Shown: positions 28,401 to 36,216, counted from the first letter of the stretch. The stretch: DNA of 42,769 nucleotides from Anaerolineae bacterium (GCA_029262755.1 JAJCYU010000237.1:1-42769); one strand, 5' to 3'. A program made the numbers and translations. Notes: generated by a model from the sequence alone, not told the origin.

Positions 28401-31400
28401 AGCCGTAGGTCAGCAGCGCACCCGCCGCGACCGGGTTCTCGCTACCGGTCTTGGTCACGGCCAGATCGACCCGCGGCACGATCGTCACATCGGCCGTGTC
28501 CGTGTTGTTGCCTGGGTTCGGATCGGGTACGTCGGAGCCGGTGGTGGCCGTGTTGGTCAAGACGGCGCCCGCGGGTGCGTCATCGTCCACGCGCACGGTG
28601 ATCGTGAAGCTGGCGAAGGCGCCGGCCATGAGATCGGGCAGACTACAAACAAGCGTCCCGACCGGCCCCTGCACGCAGGAGTCGCTATCGAATTGGTAGC
28701 TCACACCGGCCGGCAAGGTGTCGGTCACAACGACGCCCGTCGCGGTGCGCGGACCATCGTTGAAGACCATGATGCGGTAGCTGAAGAAGGTGCCTGCGCC
28801 GGGTGTGGCTTCCAGGGAATCCTTGGTCAGGCGTAGATCGGCCTCGAAGCGGGGATCGACGGTCGTCTGCGCCTCGTCCTCGTTGTTGCCGGATTCAGGG
28901 TCAGGTGTGTCCGAGCCGACCAGCGCGATATTTCGCAGCACGCCACCCGCCGGAGCATCGCTGTCCACGACGACCACGATGTTGAAGGCCGTCACAGCCA
29001 TGGCGCCCAGGTCGCCCAGATCGCAGGTTATCGTGCCCGTGGGCGCCTCGACACAGCTTGCGCCCACGGCCATCACGAAGGTCACGCTGACGGGCAGCGT
29101 GTCGGTGACCACGACGTTCACGGCGTCGGATGGCCCGTTGTTGGTCACGGTCAGACCGTAGGCGATCTGCTCATCGGGTTCGGCCATCGCCGGCGCGGAC
29201 TTCTCCACGGCCAGGTCGGCGGATGCGGCGACCACCACTGTATCGTCGTCGCTGTTGTTCGACGGATCGGGATCGTCCGCGCCGGAGTCGACGACGGCCG
29301 TGTTGGTGATCAGCGTGCCGTCCGCGACATCCGCCGCGACGGTGACGACCACGGAAAAGCTCGTCGTGCTACCGGCCGGTAGCAGGCCGAGGTTGCACGT
29401 CAACGTGCCGGCCGGCGCCTCGAGGCAGCCGCCCGTGTTGTTCAGGTGCGTCAGGCCCGCCGGCAGCACGTCCACCACGACCACGTCCGGCGCCGCGGAC
29501 GGCCCCGTGTTCGTGACCACGATGGTATAGGCGAAGTTCTCGCCTGCAACGACGGGGCTCTGCGAAGCGCGCTTCTCGATTGCCAGATCCGCCTCGGCCA
29601 CGACCGTGGTCGACTCGCTGTCGCTGTTGTTGCCGGGGCTGGGATCGGGCTCGTCCGAGTCCACCGTCGCCTGGTTGACGAGCATGTCCCCGCCGGGCAC
29701 ATCGGAATCGACGAGCACGTCGACGGTGAAGGCCGTCGTCGCGCCGGCGGCGAGGGTGCCCAATCCGCAACGGATCGTGCCCGAGGGCGCCTCGACGCAG
29801 CCGATGCTGGAGCCCTGGAAGCTCGTGTTGGCCGGCAAGACATCAACCACCTCAACGTTGGCGGCGTCGCTCGGGCCGTCGTTGGTCACGGTGAGCGTGT
29901 AGCGCAGGGTCGTCCCGGCCACCACCGGATCGGGGCCGTCGACCTTGGCGATGCGAAGGTCGGCCAGACGCGCCACGGTAACCGACTCGTCGTCGGTGTT
30001 GTTGCTCAGGTCGGGATCGGGGGTCGTCGCGCCGACGCCCGCGCGGTTCAACAGCACCGTGCCGGCGGCGAGGTCCGCGTCCAAGCTGACCGTAATGACG
30101 ACCGTCGCCATCCCGGCCGGCAGGATATCGGGCAGCGCACAGGAAAGCGCGCCGCTGGCCGGTGGCGCTTCGACACAGGCGGGGTCACTGCCCGTGAAGC
30201 TCATGCCCGCCGGCAGCGTGTCTGTGACGAGCACACCGGTGGCGGTCGACGGTCCGGCGTTCGAAATGGTGAGCTCGAAGGCCATGCTTCCACCGGCAAC
30301 CGCCGGGTCGAGCGAGTCCTTGATGATCGCCAGGTCCGCACGCACGCGCACCGTGATGGTGTCCGTCGCGTCGTTGTTCCCCGAATCTGGGTCCGGCGTG
30401 TCCGCGCCGACCACAGCGTCGTTCGTCAGCACCGTGCCGTCGGAAAGGCCGTCATCGACGCGCAGCCGCACCACGACGTCGGCGCTCGCGCCTACGGCGA
30501 GCGGGCCCACCGCGCAAACAAGCGTTCCCGTGCCGCCGGGGGCGACGCCGCCACAGGCAGCGCCCGAGGCAGATACGTAGGTCGTGCCGGCCGGAATCGT
30601 GTCCGAGATGACCACGCCGACCGCGTCGCTCGGACCGCCGTTGAAGACCGTGACCGTCCAGTCGAACTCCGTACCGGGGAAGACCTCGTCGGGCCCGTCC
30701 TTCGTCAGGCTCAAGTCGGCGGCAGCGATGACATCCACCACTGCATCGTCCGTGTTGTTGCCGGGATCCGGATCCGTGGTGCCGGGCGCGGAGACCGTGC
30801 CCTCGTTGGTGATCTGCGATCCGGCCGGCACGTCGGCATCGACGTCGACCAGGATCGCAAAGGGAACGCTGCCCCCCGCGGGAACCGCACCGACCTGGCA
30901 GGTCAACGTGCCCGTGCCGCCGTTCGCGACGCCGGAACAAGCGGCCCCTACGGAGCCGACAAAGGTCACGCCTGCGGGCAAGGTATCGACCACCTGTGCG
31001 TTCCCGACATCGCTCGGGCCGAGATTGCTCACCACGAAGTTGAAGGTGAGGCTCTCGCCGGCGGTCACCGGATTGGGTTCGGCGTCCTTGCTTAGAGCAA
31101 GATCCGCCTCGGCCACGACGATCACGTCCGCGTCGTCCTCGTCGTTGGTTGGGTCCGGATCAGGGCGGCTGCCCTCGACCGTGACATCGTTCTCAAGTAA
31201 CGTGCCGGCCGGCACGTTCGGCGGCACATCGACGGTGACGTCGACGGTAACCGCCGCGCCGGCCGCGAGATCGCCCACGGTGCATACGAGGGTGGTGCCG
31301 CCGAAGAGCGTGCACAAGTCGGGGCGGCTGCTTGAAACGAAGGCGGCCTCCGGTGGCAGCTCGTCCGTCATCACGACGTCCGTTGCCGACGAGGGACCGC

Positions 31401-34400
31401 CGTTGATCACGGTCAGCTGGTAGGTCAGGCTCGTTCCGGCCACGACCGTGGACGCCGGCGCGCTCTTCGTGACACGCAGATCGGCCTCGAACACGGGCGT
31501 CACCACGGCATCATCCGTGTCGTTGTCCGGGTTCGGATCCAGGGCGCCCGGCACCGTGACCGTGGCGACGTTGACCAAGGTGGTGCCCGGCGGGAAGTCC
31601 TCGTCCAGTAGCACCGTGATCTGGAAGCTCTCGCTGCCGCCGCTCGGGATGAGCCCCACGCTGCAGGTGAGGACATCGGGGTCGCTGCCGGCCGGCACGC
31701 AGCCGTCCGTGTCGCTGACGTAGCTCACGCCGGGCGGCAGCATGTCGACCACCGTGGCCGCGGGAATGTCGTCGGGGCCGTTGTTGCTGACCTCGATGGT
31801 GTAGGTGAGCGGGCCTCCCGCCACGGGCGTGAGATTGCCGGCCGTCTTCTCGATGGCCGCGTCGAGGTCTAGGAACGGCAGATCGACCGGCCGCTTGTTG
31901 ACGTAGAGGTCGTCGTCCTCGGTGGGGTCGTAGAAGAGCTTGACGCGCACGGTTTCTGTGACGCTACAGCGGGCGTCGAAGAAGGGTGCGTAATCCGGGA
32001 TACCGTTGCCGTTCTCATCCAGGAAGGGCGGATCGAAGCGGTTCACCGGCGGGATCAGCGCCGTGTCCCACGTTGCGCCCGCGGCCGCCACCTCGCTGTG
32101 CGATAGGCCCGGCAGGTCGTTCTCGTCGTCGAAGGGGCCCGGATCCGCGCGCGTGCAGCCGTAGAAGGCCAATCGGCTGACCGGGCTGCGCCAGTTGAGC
32201 GTCAGCAGATAGCGCTCGCCCTCCGGCAGCGCGATCTCGGTGTAGTCGCCCGGCGTCACCGCCTGCTGGTGCGTCTCCCACCCGTCCTCCGCGAATTGGT
32301 CGTCCGTGCCGCTGCCCGGCCTGTAGGTTTCGCGCAGCTCGTGCGCGAAGCGCTCCTCCGGCTCTTCCTCCGTGATTCGCTGCTCCTGCGGGCCCGCCGC
32401 CGCCAGCTCCCCGACGCAGGCGTCGTAAAAGTTTTGGTTTGCAAACTCCGCTTCTTCCATCCGCTCCACGTCCACCGCGATCGTGTGGTCCGCGTTGTAG
32501 GGCGGCATCACCGACATCTGCGGCGGCAATTCGTCCAGGAAGTAGCCCTGCTGGAACAACGAGTCCTGCGGGTTGAAGTAGTTGCCCTTCGGCACCGGCG
32601 TCCGGATCGTCAAGAAGGCGAAGCGGTCGTTGCACTCGGCCGGATCGCTCGGATCACCGTCCGGCGCCGTGCGCGTCATCAACGCCACCACGTTGTACTC
32701 GTGGCCGTCCACGTAGAAGCGCTTCAGGTACCACGGGTCTCCGGGCGTCAGGTCGTGGCGGCCCGCCCCGTCGTCGATCGCGGAATGCGTCGCGCCCAGC
32801 GCGCGGCCGAGCGTCAACGTCACCCGCTCGCCGTCCTCCGAAACGCTCTCCACGAACACGAACCAAGCGCCGTCGGTCATCCCCGCGTTCGTCTCGCCCG
32901 GCTCGATCACCGTCACCGAGTCCTGGAAGCGGTCCACGACCGCCACAGAGCCCACGTTCAGCGTCCGCGTGCCGCCCACCTGCTCCGGCACCGCGCTCCC
33001 GATCGTCCCGCCCGTGAAGTAGAAGCGCAGCTGCGCCCGCGGGTTCGTCCCGCTCGTCACGTTCTCCACCGTCACCAGGTGGTCCAGCATCATCGCCGCA
33101 TGGCCGAAGGCCGGATCTCCGGCCTCCGCGTCCAGGACGATGCTCTCCACCGTCAGCACCACCATCTCGTTGCCGTTGAGGCTCACGCAGTCTGCGTCCA
33201 GGGTGTCGGTCAGCAGCCCGTCGCCGTCGAAGTCCACCATTGCGCCCGGCAACGGGATCACGGGCACCCCGATCGGCGGCTGCGGGCGGTTCGCGGCGAA
33301 CGTGCTCGAGAAGTATTCGTTGGCCGACGCCTCCGTGTGCAGCCCCACCGCGTCAGGGAAGCCGTCCCAATCCGCGTCGAAGCCCGTCAGCCCGTAGCCG
33401 AAGCCGCCGCCCGCCGGCAGCGTGCCGCCGAGGTTCGGACGCGGCAACTCCGCCGCGCCCACCGCGATCGGGAAGGCCATCCGGCTGCCGGGCACCGGCA
33501 CGCTCACCGGGTTGTCGGTCGTGTCCATCATCAGGTACGTGAATTCCTGCATCACCGCGGGGAACACCAGATCCGCGTCGCAGTCGTCCGTCTCGCGCAG
33601 CTTCGTCACGTATTCCGGCTGGTACCACGTGCGCTGGTACACCTTCTGCCGCGCGTTCATCCCCGCGTTGCTGATCTGCTGGTAGAGCAGCCGCAGCGCC
33701 TCGCCGAAGTTGCGGAACTCGTCCATGTAGGCCGGGTTGAAGGTCAGCAGGTCCCCGCGCGGCGCATCCGGAGCCTGCGGGTTGAAGGGCGCGAAAGGGT
33801 CCGTATACGGCGGCACTTCCACCGGCAGGCCGGCCGGATCCGTCGCAAGCACGTCGCCCGCGCCGAAGACGATGTCCGGACGTGAGGATGCGTCCGTGCA
33901 ATCGCCATCCGGACAGCGCGGATAGCCGCCGTGCAGCCGCAGCCCGTCATCGTTGGTGTAGACCGGGTCCATCCGGTCGGGGTCGTATACGAAGCCCGCA
34001 CGCTGCGGCGCTCCGTATTGCCCCGTGCCCTCGTCGAACTGTGCGTTGTCTACCACCAGGTCGGGCGGCGTGGGAGGAACGTTGTCCGGCACGTCATCGT
34101 CCGGCTGGCTCCACAGCCGTCCGCGCGACGTGGGGTTGGTGAAGCCGGTCGTGACGTGATAGGCGTCCGGTTCGCATAGCTCCGAGAACCCGCTCTGGTT
34201 CGGCAGGTAGAACTCCGTGTAGTTCCACGGCCGCGTCCACATCTGCTCGTTGAAGAAGAAGGGCTCCTGGCCGCTCGCACCGGCTGCCAGCGGGTCCTCC
34301 GCGCCGTACTTCTCGCGCAATTGTCCCAACATCTGCGGGTTGACGTCTTCGTCGACATAGAACCAGCGACTAGCAAAGAAGAAGTCGGCGCCCTGGTAGG

Positions 34401-36216
34401 GGCCAACCGGCGCATTCGGATCACGGCCCATGTAGCGGTTGCCGTCCACGTCCGAAAGAATGGGTGGCACCGGGCCGACAGGGCCGCCCATGTACAGGAT
34501 CTCCGGGCGCGGTTGCGGGTCGAATAGGTTCGGCGATGCGCCTTCCACCGGGCACGGTCCGATCTGGTCGTCCGCCACCACGACCACGTCCTCCAGGATT
34601 GTGTGCTCGTGGTTGAAGGGCGGCGGCAGCACCAACGGGTCCAGCTCCGCGTACGGCTCCAGCCGCACCGAATGCTGCTCGATGGTCACCGGCACTTTCG
34701 GCAGCGGTGCGCGCAGCGTCAGGTACTGCAGCTCCGTCGATGAACAAGTCTGAATCGCCACCACGTTGTACTCGTGCCCGTCCACGTAGAAGCGCTTTAG
34801 GAACCACGGCGCGCCCGGTGAGAGGTTGGCGGTGTTCGGCCCGTCCTCCATCGACGCGCAGGGCGCGCCCAACGCGCGCCCGACCATCACCGTCGCCGTG
34901 TTGTCGCCCGCATCCGTCGCATCCAGGTACACGAACCACGAGCCACGCGGTACCGTACCCAGGTTGTCCCCGCCCGGGCCGATCCGGTCCTGCACGGGGA
35001 TCGGGCCCACGTCACCCGCCAGCGCCGCGCTGCCCTGGCCGAGGCTGATCGTCGCCACGAGTCGCGGCTGCAGGTCACCGCTGTACCAGATCTCCAGGCT
35101 CGCCGAACTCCCCGACGCCGAGCGCAGGCGCACGAAATGGTCCAGGAACTGCAGCATTTCGCCCGCTTCCAGGATCTCCGTATCCGTATGCATCACCACC
35201 ATCGCGTCACACGAGAGCGGGCCGGCCGGGTCCAGGTCGTCCACCACCCCATCGCCGTCGAAGTCGATCGTCAGACCCAGGTCCGCGGCCAGCTCGCGCT
35301 CGCTCGTCACGTTGATCATGTCGATGTCGCCGTCGAAGTCCGCGTCCAGGCTCGTGAGCCCCTGGCCCTCCGCCGGCGCCAATGGATCCGTTGCCGGCGC
35401 GAACGTACCTACAGGGAACACCCAGCGCGTCGCCCCCGCCGCGCCGCAGGTCGGCCGCGGCGCCTGGTCGTCCACCTCGTCGCCCGTCGGTCCTGCGATC
35501 GGTAGCTCGTTCTCCGTCAGGAGGTAGGTCAGCTCCGTCATGATCGCCGGGTACCACTCGTCGTCATTGGATGGGGTCGGGTTCACGGGCGCATCCGGCT
35601 GCCCGTCGAAGTCATTGTCCGTCAGGCAGTCGTCCGCGTTCAGATCCTTGTCCAGGTGCGTCGGCTCGTACCAATGCCGCAGCCAGACCTTCTCCGCGCC
35701 GTTTACGCCCCCCGCCCGGATGTTGCTGGCCGCGCTGACCTCGTCGATGCCGTTGGCGCAGTCCCAATCCGCGGCCACGCTCGGCTCCCCCAGCCGCTCG
35801 CTGATCCACGCCGGATCCCACGTTACGAAATCGAAATTCGGTGCCTCGGGAGAGAGCGGACTGAACGGACCGCGGGGGTCCGTATACGGCGGATCTTCGG
35901 GCACGCGCCCCGTGTTCGGGTCGGTCACCGTATCCGATCCCGCCGTCGCCGGGCGATTCGCTTGCCCCACGATGCACCCGTCGCATACAACGCTGTCGCC
36001 GTAGAGGCGCAGCGTGGTCAATTCGGGTAGCCCTGCCTGCGTGTTCGGCGCGGCGACGGGAGCACCCGTCGGTGCCACCGTAGGCGCAGCGGCAACGGTC
36101 CCCGCCCATAGCCCGGCCCCGCCGAAGACGGCCAGCAGCAAGGCGGCAAGTGGGATACGCGGACCAAGGCGCGTCGCGGGTGAGCGCGCACCGAGCTCGG
36201 GGCGGTTGGTGTCCAT
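19456..36216 (-). CDS. Giant secreted surface protein (5586 aa): signal peptide, duplicated head domain, 30 DUF11-type repeats, Fn3-like domain, X-module/dockerin-like end
   Basis: Uninterrupted 16.8-kb ORF with AGGAGG before the ATG. Signal peptide RIPLAALLLAVFGGAGLWAGTVAAA. Repeat consensus ADL.I.K...G..LTYTL.V.N.GPS.A..V.VTDTLP.G..Y......C........C..G.L..G.......V.V.......N.A.V....DPDPSNN.D. C-terminal GDHNGDGRIDVVD and ADLDGDGRVGKAD. Confidence 0.9.
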   Translation of the reverse strand: MDTNRPELGARSPATRLGPRIPLAALLLAVFGGAGLWAGTVAAAPTVAPTGAPVAAPNTQAGLPELTTLRLYGDSVVCDGCIVGQANRPATAGSDTVTDPNTGRVPEDPPYTDPRGPFSPLSPEAPNFDFVTWDPAWISERLGEPSVAADWDCANGIDEVSAASNIRAGGVNGAEKVWLRHWYEPTHLDKDLNADDCLTDNDFDGQPDAPVNPTPSNDDEWYPAIMTELTYLLTENELPIAGPTGDEVDDQAPRPTCGAAGATRWVFPVGTFAPATDPLAPAEGQGLTSLDADFDGDIDMINVTSERELAADLGLTIDFDGDGVVDDLDPAGPLSCDAMVVMHTDTEILEAGEMLQFLDHFVRLRSASGSSASLEIWYSGDLQPRLVATISLGQGSAALAGDVGPIPVQDRIGPGGDNLGTVPRGSWFVYLDATDAGDNTATVMVGRALGAPCASMEDGPNTANLSPGAPWFLKRFYVDGHEYNVVAIQTCSSTELQYLTLRAPLPKVPVTIEQHSVRLEPYAELDPLVLPPPFNHEHTILEDVVVVADDQIGPCPVEGASPNLFDPQPRPEILYMGGPVGPVPPILSDVDGNRYMGRDPNAPVGPYQGADFFFASRWFYVDEDVNPQMLGQLREKYGAEDPLAAGASGQEPFFFNEQMWTRPWNYTEFYLPNQSGFSELCEPDAYHVTTGFTNPTSRGRLWSQPDDDVPDNVPPTPPDLVVDNAQFDEGTGQYGAPQRAGFVYDPDRMDPVYTNDDGLRLHGGYPRCPDGDCTDASSRPDIVFGAGDVLATDPAGLPVEVPPYTDPFAPFNPQAPDAPRGDLLTFNPAYMDEFRNFGEALRLLYQQISNAGMNARQKVYQRTWYQPEYVTKLRETDDCDADLVFPAVMQEFTYLMMDTTDNPVSVPVPGSRMAFPIAVGAAELPRPNLGGTLPAGGGFGYGLTGFDADWDGFPDAVGLHTEASANEYFSSTFAANRPQPPIGVPVIPLPGAMVDFDGDGLLTDTLDADCVSLNGNEMVVLTVESIVLDAEAGDPAFGHAAMMLDHLVTVENVTSGTNPRAQLRFYFTGGTIGSAVPEQVGGTRTLNVGSVAVVDRFQDSVTVIEPGETNAGMTDGAWFVFVESVSEDGERVTLTLGRALGATHSAIDDGAGRHDLTPGDPWYLKRFYVDGHEYNVVALMTRTAPDGDPSDPAECNDRFAFLTIRTPVPKGNYFNPQDSLFQQGYFLDELPPQMSVMPPYNADHTIAVDVERMEEAEFANQNFYDACVGELAAAGPQEQRITEEEPEERFAHELRETYRPGSGTDDQFAEDGWETHQQAVTPGDYTEIALPEGERYLLTLNWRSPVSRLAFYGCTRADPGPFDDENDLPGLSHSEVAAAGATWDTALIPPVNRFDPPFLDENGNGIPDYAPFFDARCSVTETVRVKLFYDPTEDDDLYVNKRPVDLPFLDLDAAIEKTAGNLTPVAGGPLTYTIEVSNNGPDDIPAATVVDMLPPGVSYVSDTDGCVPAGSDPDVLTCSVGLIPSGGSESFQITVLLDEDFPPGTTLVNVATVTVPGALDPNPDNDTDDAVVTPVFEADLRVTKSAPASTVVAGTSLTYQLTVINGGPSSATDVVMTDELPPEAAFVSSSRPDLCTLFGGTTLVCTVGDLAAGAAVTVDVTVDVPPNVPAGTLLENDVTVEGSRPDPDPTNDEDDADVIVVAEADLALSKDAEPNPVTAGESLTFNFVVSNLGPSDVGNAQVVDTLPAGVTFVGSVGAACSGVANGGTGTLTCQVGAVPAGGSVPFAILVDVDADVPAGSQITNEGTVSAPGTTDPDPGNNTDDAVVDVIAAADLSLTKDGPDEVFPGTEFDWTVTVFNGGPSDAVGVVISDTIPAGTTYVSASGAACGGVAPGGTGTLVCAVGPLAVGASADVVVRLRVDDGLSDGTVLTNDAVVGADTPDPDSGNNDATDTITVRVRADLAIIKDSLDPAVAGGSMAFELTISNAGPSTATGVLVTDTLPAGMSFTGSDPACVEAPPASGALSCALPDILPAGMATVVITVSLDADLAAGTVLLNRAGVGATTPDPDLSNNTDDESVTVARLADLRIAKVDGPDPVVAGTTLRYTLTVTNDGPSDAANVEVVDVLPANTSFQGSSIGCVEAPSGTIRCGLGTLAAGATTAFTVDVLVDSDVPGGDMLVNQATVDSDEPDPSPGNNSDSESTTVVAEADLAIEKRASQSPVVAGENFAYTIVVTNTGPSAAPDVVVVDVLPAGLTHLNNTGGCLEAPAGTLTCNLGLLPAGSTTSFSVVVTVAADVADGTLITNTAVVDSGADDPDPSNNSDDDTVVVAASADLAVEKSAPAMAEPDEQIAYGLTVTNNGPSDAVNVVVTDTLPVSVTFVMAVGASCVEAPTGTITCDLGDLGAMAVTAFNIVVVVDSDAPAGGVLRNIALVGSDTPDPESGNNEDEAQTTVDPRFEADLRLTKDSLEATPGAGTFFSYRIMVFNDGPRTATGVVVTDTLPAGVSYQFDSDSCVQGPVGTLVCSLPDLMAGAFASFTITVRVDDDAPAGAVLTNTATTGSDVPDPNPGNNTDTADVTIVPRVDLAVTKTGSENPVAAGALLTYGLLVENLGPSDATGVVVTDTLPAGVSYLSDGGGCDASGLPVLVCTVGPLSSGASTLIEIVVRVGAGAADGATLTNTVVVGGNEDDPEPDNNDDSLETDVERVADLAISKDVSRDEQVPGGPLTYTLTVNNLGPSDTTGVLVTDTLPAGTSYVSDDAGCDASGEPTISCTLGNLAAGATVVVTIVVQVDPGAAAGTLLDNVAEVGGDNPDPDPSNNEDEARTVVTTLADLRVLKSGAGEVVTGPAPDDVTVTPNAVTAGRRLTYTLSVTNGGPTDATGVTVTDTLPAGVSYANDDAGCDTFGLPALRCDIGALAAGSTVIITIGVDVDADVVPFASLINTVVVGGDDPDPNLGNNDDDQTTLVLVAADLGIEKVASPSQVTTGDPVVFSITVTNYGPSLARDVLVEDTLPMSLTYVSDSAGCDTSGLPTLSCLLGDLAPGASTGFDITATVEAGLAGQSVSNTASVQLTGGGTDPNPSNDQDTDGFDVVAEADLALRKTGEGAVVVAGSPPGLVQTPNAVTAGERLTYTLLITNTGPSPATAVVVTDTLPAGTSFVSGAGCDASAAPVIVCAVGSLAAGAATSVVIVVDVAPDVADGSSLLNTAEVGANEIDPDPSNNSDDQTTIVSGFADLAVVKIADPTTVGVGELVTFTITVANGGPSTAFGVVLTDTLPAGLLYESDDAGCDTSGLPLVVCALGDMPSGAVAVVELAARAEASGADQTVTNTARVALSDGADPDPSNDEDDATVGIRPLVDLSVAKAGAGEVVVPGSPPGTSILPNSVTAGRRLTYTLTASNVGPSTATNVVLTDTLPSGVSFVSAGGASCNTVGLPTLVCNLPDLSAGGMAVVVVVVDVDADVPDGTLLTNLAGVRADEADADPSDNTVSQETDVSASADIAITKTATPDDQAPLGLVTYTLLIQNLGPSDADGVVVTDTLPADTTYVSDDGGCDTSALPTVVCSVGSLAAGASTSIEIVVQVDLTAAPGASLTNSATVGADTDDPDPSNDTDTATTTVIPQADLRIVKSGEGEVVGQGSPPIVTLQSDTVTAGRVLSYTLTVINGGPSSASGIVFTDTLPSGMTHLSDDAGCDASAPPLVVCAIGGLAVGSSASVVVRVQVDSGLADGAQRINTVLVTAVEDDPDTDNNDAQQTTTVLVAADLAIVKTADPSVAVEGQQVVFTMDVTNNGPSLARDVVVEDTLPISLTYVSDSAGCDTSGLPTLSCMLGDLAAGASTSFDITATVEAGLAGRSATNTATVQLTGGGSDPDPSNDTDDAIVVVREPDPGEADLAIDKTGEGEVVTPGSPPTVVVTPDAVSAGRRLTWTLFVSNAGPAGATGVTVTDTLPAGTSYVSDSAGCDTSALPVLVCALPNLAAGANTSFQIVADTDADLLDGSVLDNMAVVGGSTPDGNPSNDSATHRTVVGAVADLVITKTADPRILAPGDATTFTLRVTNLGPSVARGIAVTDVIPAGLTYVSDDAGCDATGLPTLTCGVADLGPGAFDQLRIVATATGATDTAWINTATVDLGGGSDPDPSNNSDSDTVEIRESVTPVDLSIDKTGAGEFVTSSTPPGLAIVPGIVTAGRRLTYTLTVRNEGAVAATGIRISDTLPAGVTFVAASTVCDISGAPVILCDAPNLGPGAMATVAVSVDVSPDVVHFHVLHNEARVDAEQPDENPGNNEAAQDTVVFVSADLAVTKTAEPGVIDEGAAVTFVLTATNLGPSLGGDVVVSDTLPAGLTYTSDDGACDTSALPTILCDAGDLAPGASAVIRIMATAAPGTAGQTLTNEAEVQLTGGGTDPDPANDTDSADVDVDMSAAGDRVDLAIDKTGAGAVTQPGSPPGVAVVADQVTAGNRLTYTLSVSNAGVLAASGVVVTDTLPAGTTFVSADVPCDTSGAPIIVCTVGAVAGGGNAVVTLLVDVAPGVAGGSVLQNDVTVGGDQPDDNPGNDEASQSTTVSELADLALTKTAEFGVVEQGELITFSIRVDNLGPSLGRGVRVLDTLPAGLTYESDDAGCDTTGLPVLSCELGDIAVGGTASFQLVARATGAAGETVTNGATAVLTGGGDPDPSNNTDTASVDVVDELPDVDLRITKSGAGAVTAAGSPPLVVVIPDQVTAGARLTYTLSVINDGPDDATGVVVSDSLPAGTLYVSDDAACDTSGLPQLSCTVGDLANGAGAAVIVVVDVDGDLDAGTVLTNSTGVRGLEPDPDPSNNTAEQQTTVGRWADLELSKRVDPTSVAASEAVTFTLAITNNGPSTARSVVVTDTLPAGMSFDGSSPVCDTSGLPILVCALGDLAAAGTAVVEIYATATLTLTGQVALNVARTASDTPDPDPSNNADSAEVAVGVGVDLAIHKTGVGEVVTDGSPPGVALFADRVSAGLRMTWTLAITNTGLLTATNVAISDTLPVSVTYVTDSAGCDTSGLPLLACDLGDLGGGASTALTVVVDVDADAPAGSQLVNRADVAADQAEVDVANNTSTHVTDVDAPADLALTKDGAPPYATTGDAVTFALEVVNDGPALARDVRVTDTLPAGLSYLSDTDSCVQGPVGTLACDLGNILPGASAAFDIVAVVDGGFFGSVLTNTATSSQPNGGHDPDPSNDTDEASVRIVDPAFTADLFIKKSITETLPIAGELITYTVTVINNGPIPALNTVVSDTLTSTDPAAVRLISTTLVAGCVRLDDFRINCALGDIPSGGRVDYEVTGQLLSVPGAGQPALHFTNTVIVDSDTPDLQLDNNTGFAFVEVLPVNVPMSATAFGDGQAFLTWEDVVEGETDYLIEGRGGSAPFAPLAVVPPGDGASTGDVRQWLSGPLPAGRDYAFRVIARGAEGEVLAAAGRSLHIDARSRSETACVDGQVRLPGRGRHGAWLAVDGLPLERTAPSGAFQLCGLPPGVRVVSAFREGWLRVEARPALGAGSTAELPTAVLPAGDHNGDGRIDVVDLVRVAARFGRAPVDRLADLDGDGRVGKADLLLVAAWLDYIAPRSW
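20175..31872 (-). repeat. Array of 30 DUF11-type (Ig-like, ~120-140 aa) domains within the giant CDS
   Basis: Hand count of 30 'D(L/A/I)xxxK' starts, each followed by an N.GP...(V/I).D.LP-type segment and a DP.P.N-type end. Confidence 0.85.
31890..36018 (-). repeat. Internal tandem duplication of a ~690-aa head domain
   Basis: Paired motifs in the same order: LRLYG/LRLHG, PPYTDP, EKVWLRHWYEP/QKVYQRTWYQP, YPAIMTELTYLL/FPAVMQEFTYLM, GRALGA, LKRFYVDGHEYNVVA (copies 2073 nt apart) and LTLRAPLPK/LTIRTPVPK. Confidence 0.9.

Noticed and set aside
20175..31872. Regularly spaced DNA motifs (for example GGATCGGGATC, GGCAGCGTGTCGGTCAC) resembling a CRISPR-like array
   Set aside because: The spacing is ~360-420 nt, the copies vary at synonymous positions, and they encode the DPDP and VTDTLP protein motifs. 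No cas genes are present.
32683..34800. Near-identical ~42-nt sequence at 32683 and 34756 as a possible DGR template/variable repeat or recombination site
   Set aside because: Both copies encode KRFYVDGHEYNVVA in the duplicated domain. The single mismatch is synonymous and not adenine-specific, and no reverse transcriptase or recombinase is in the window.
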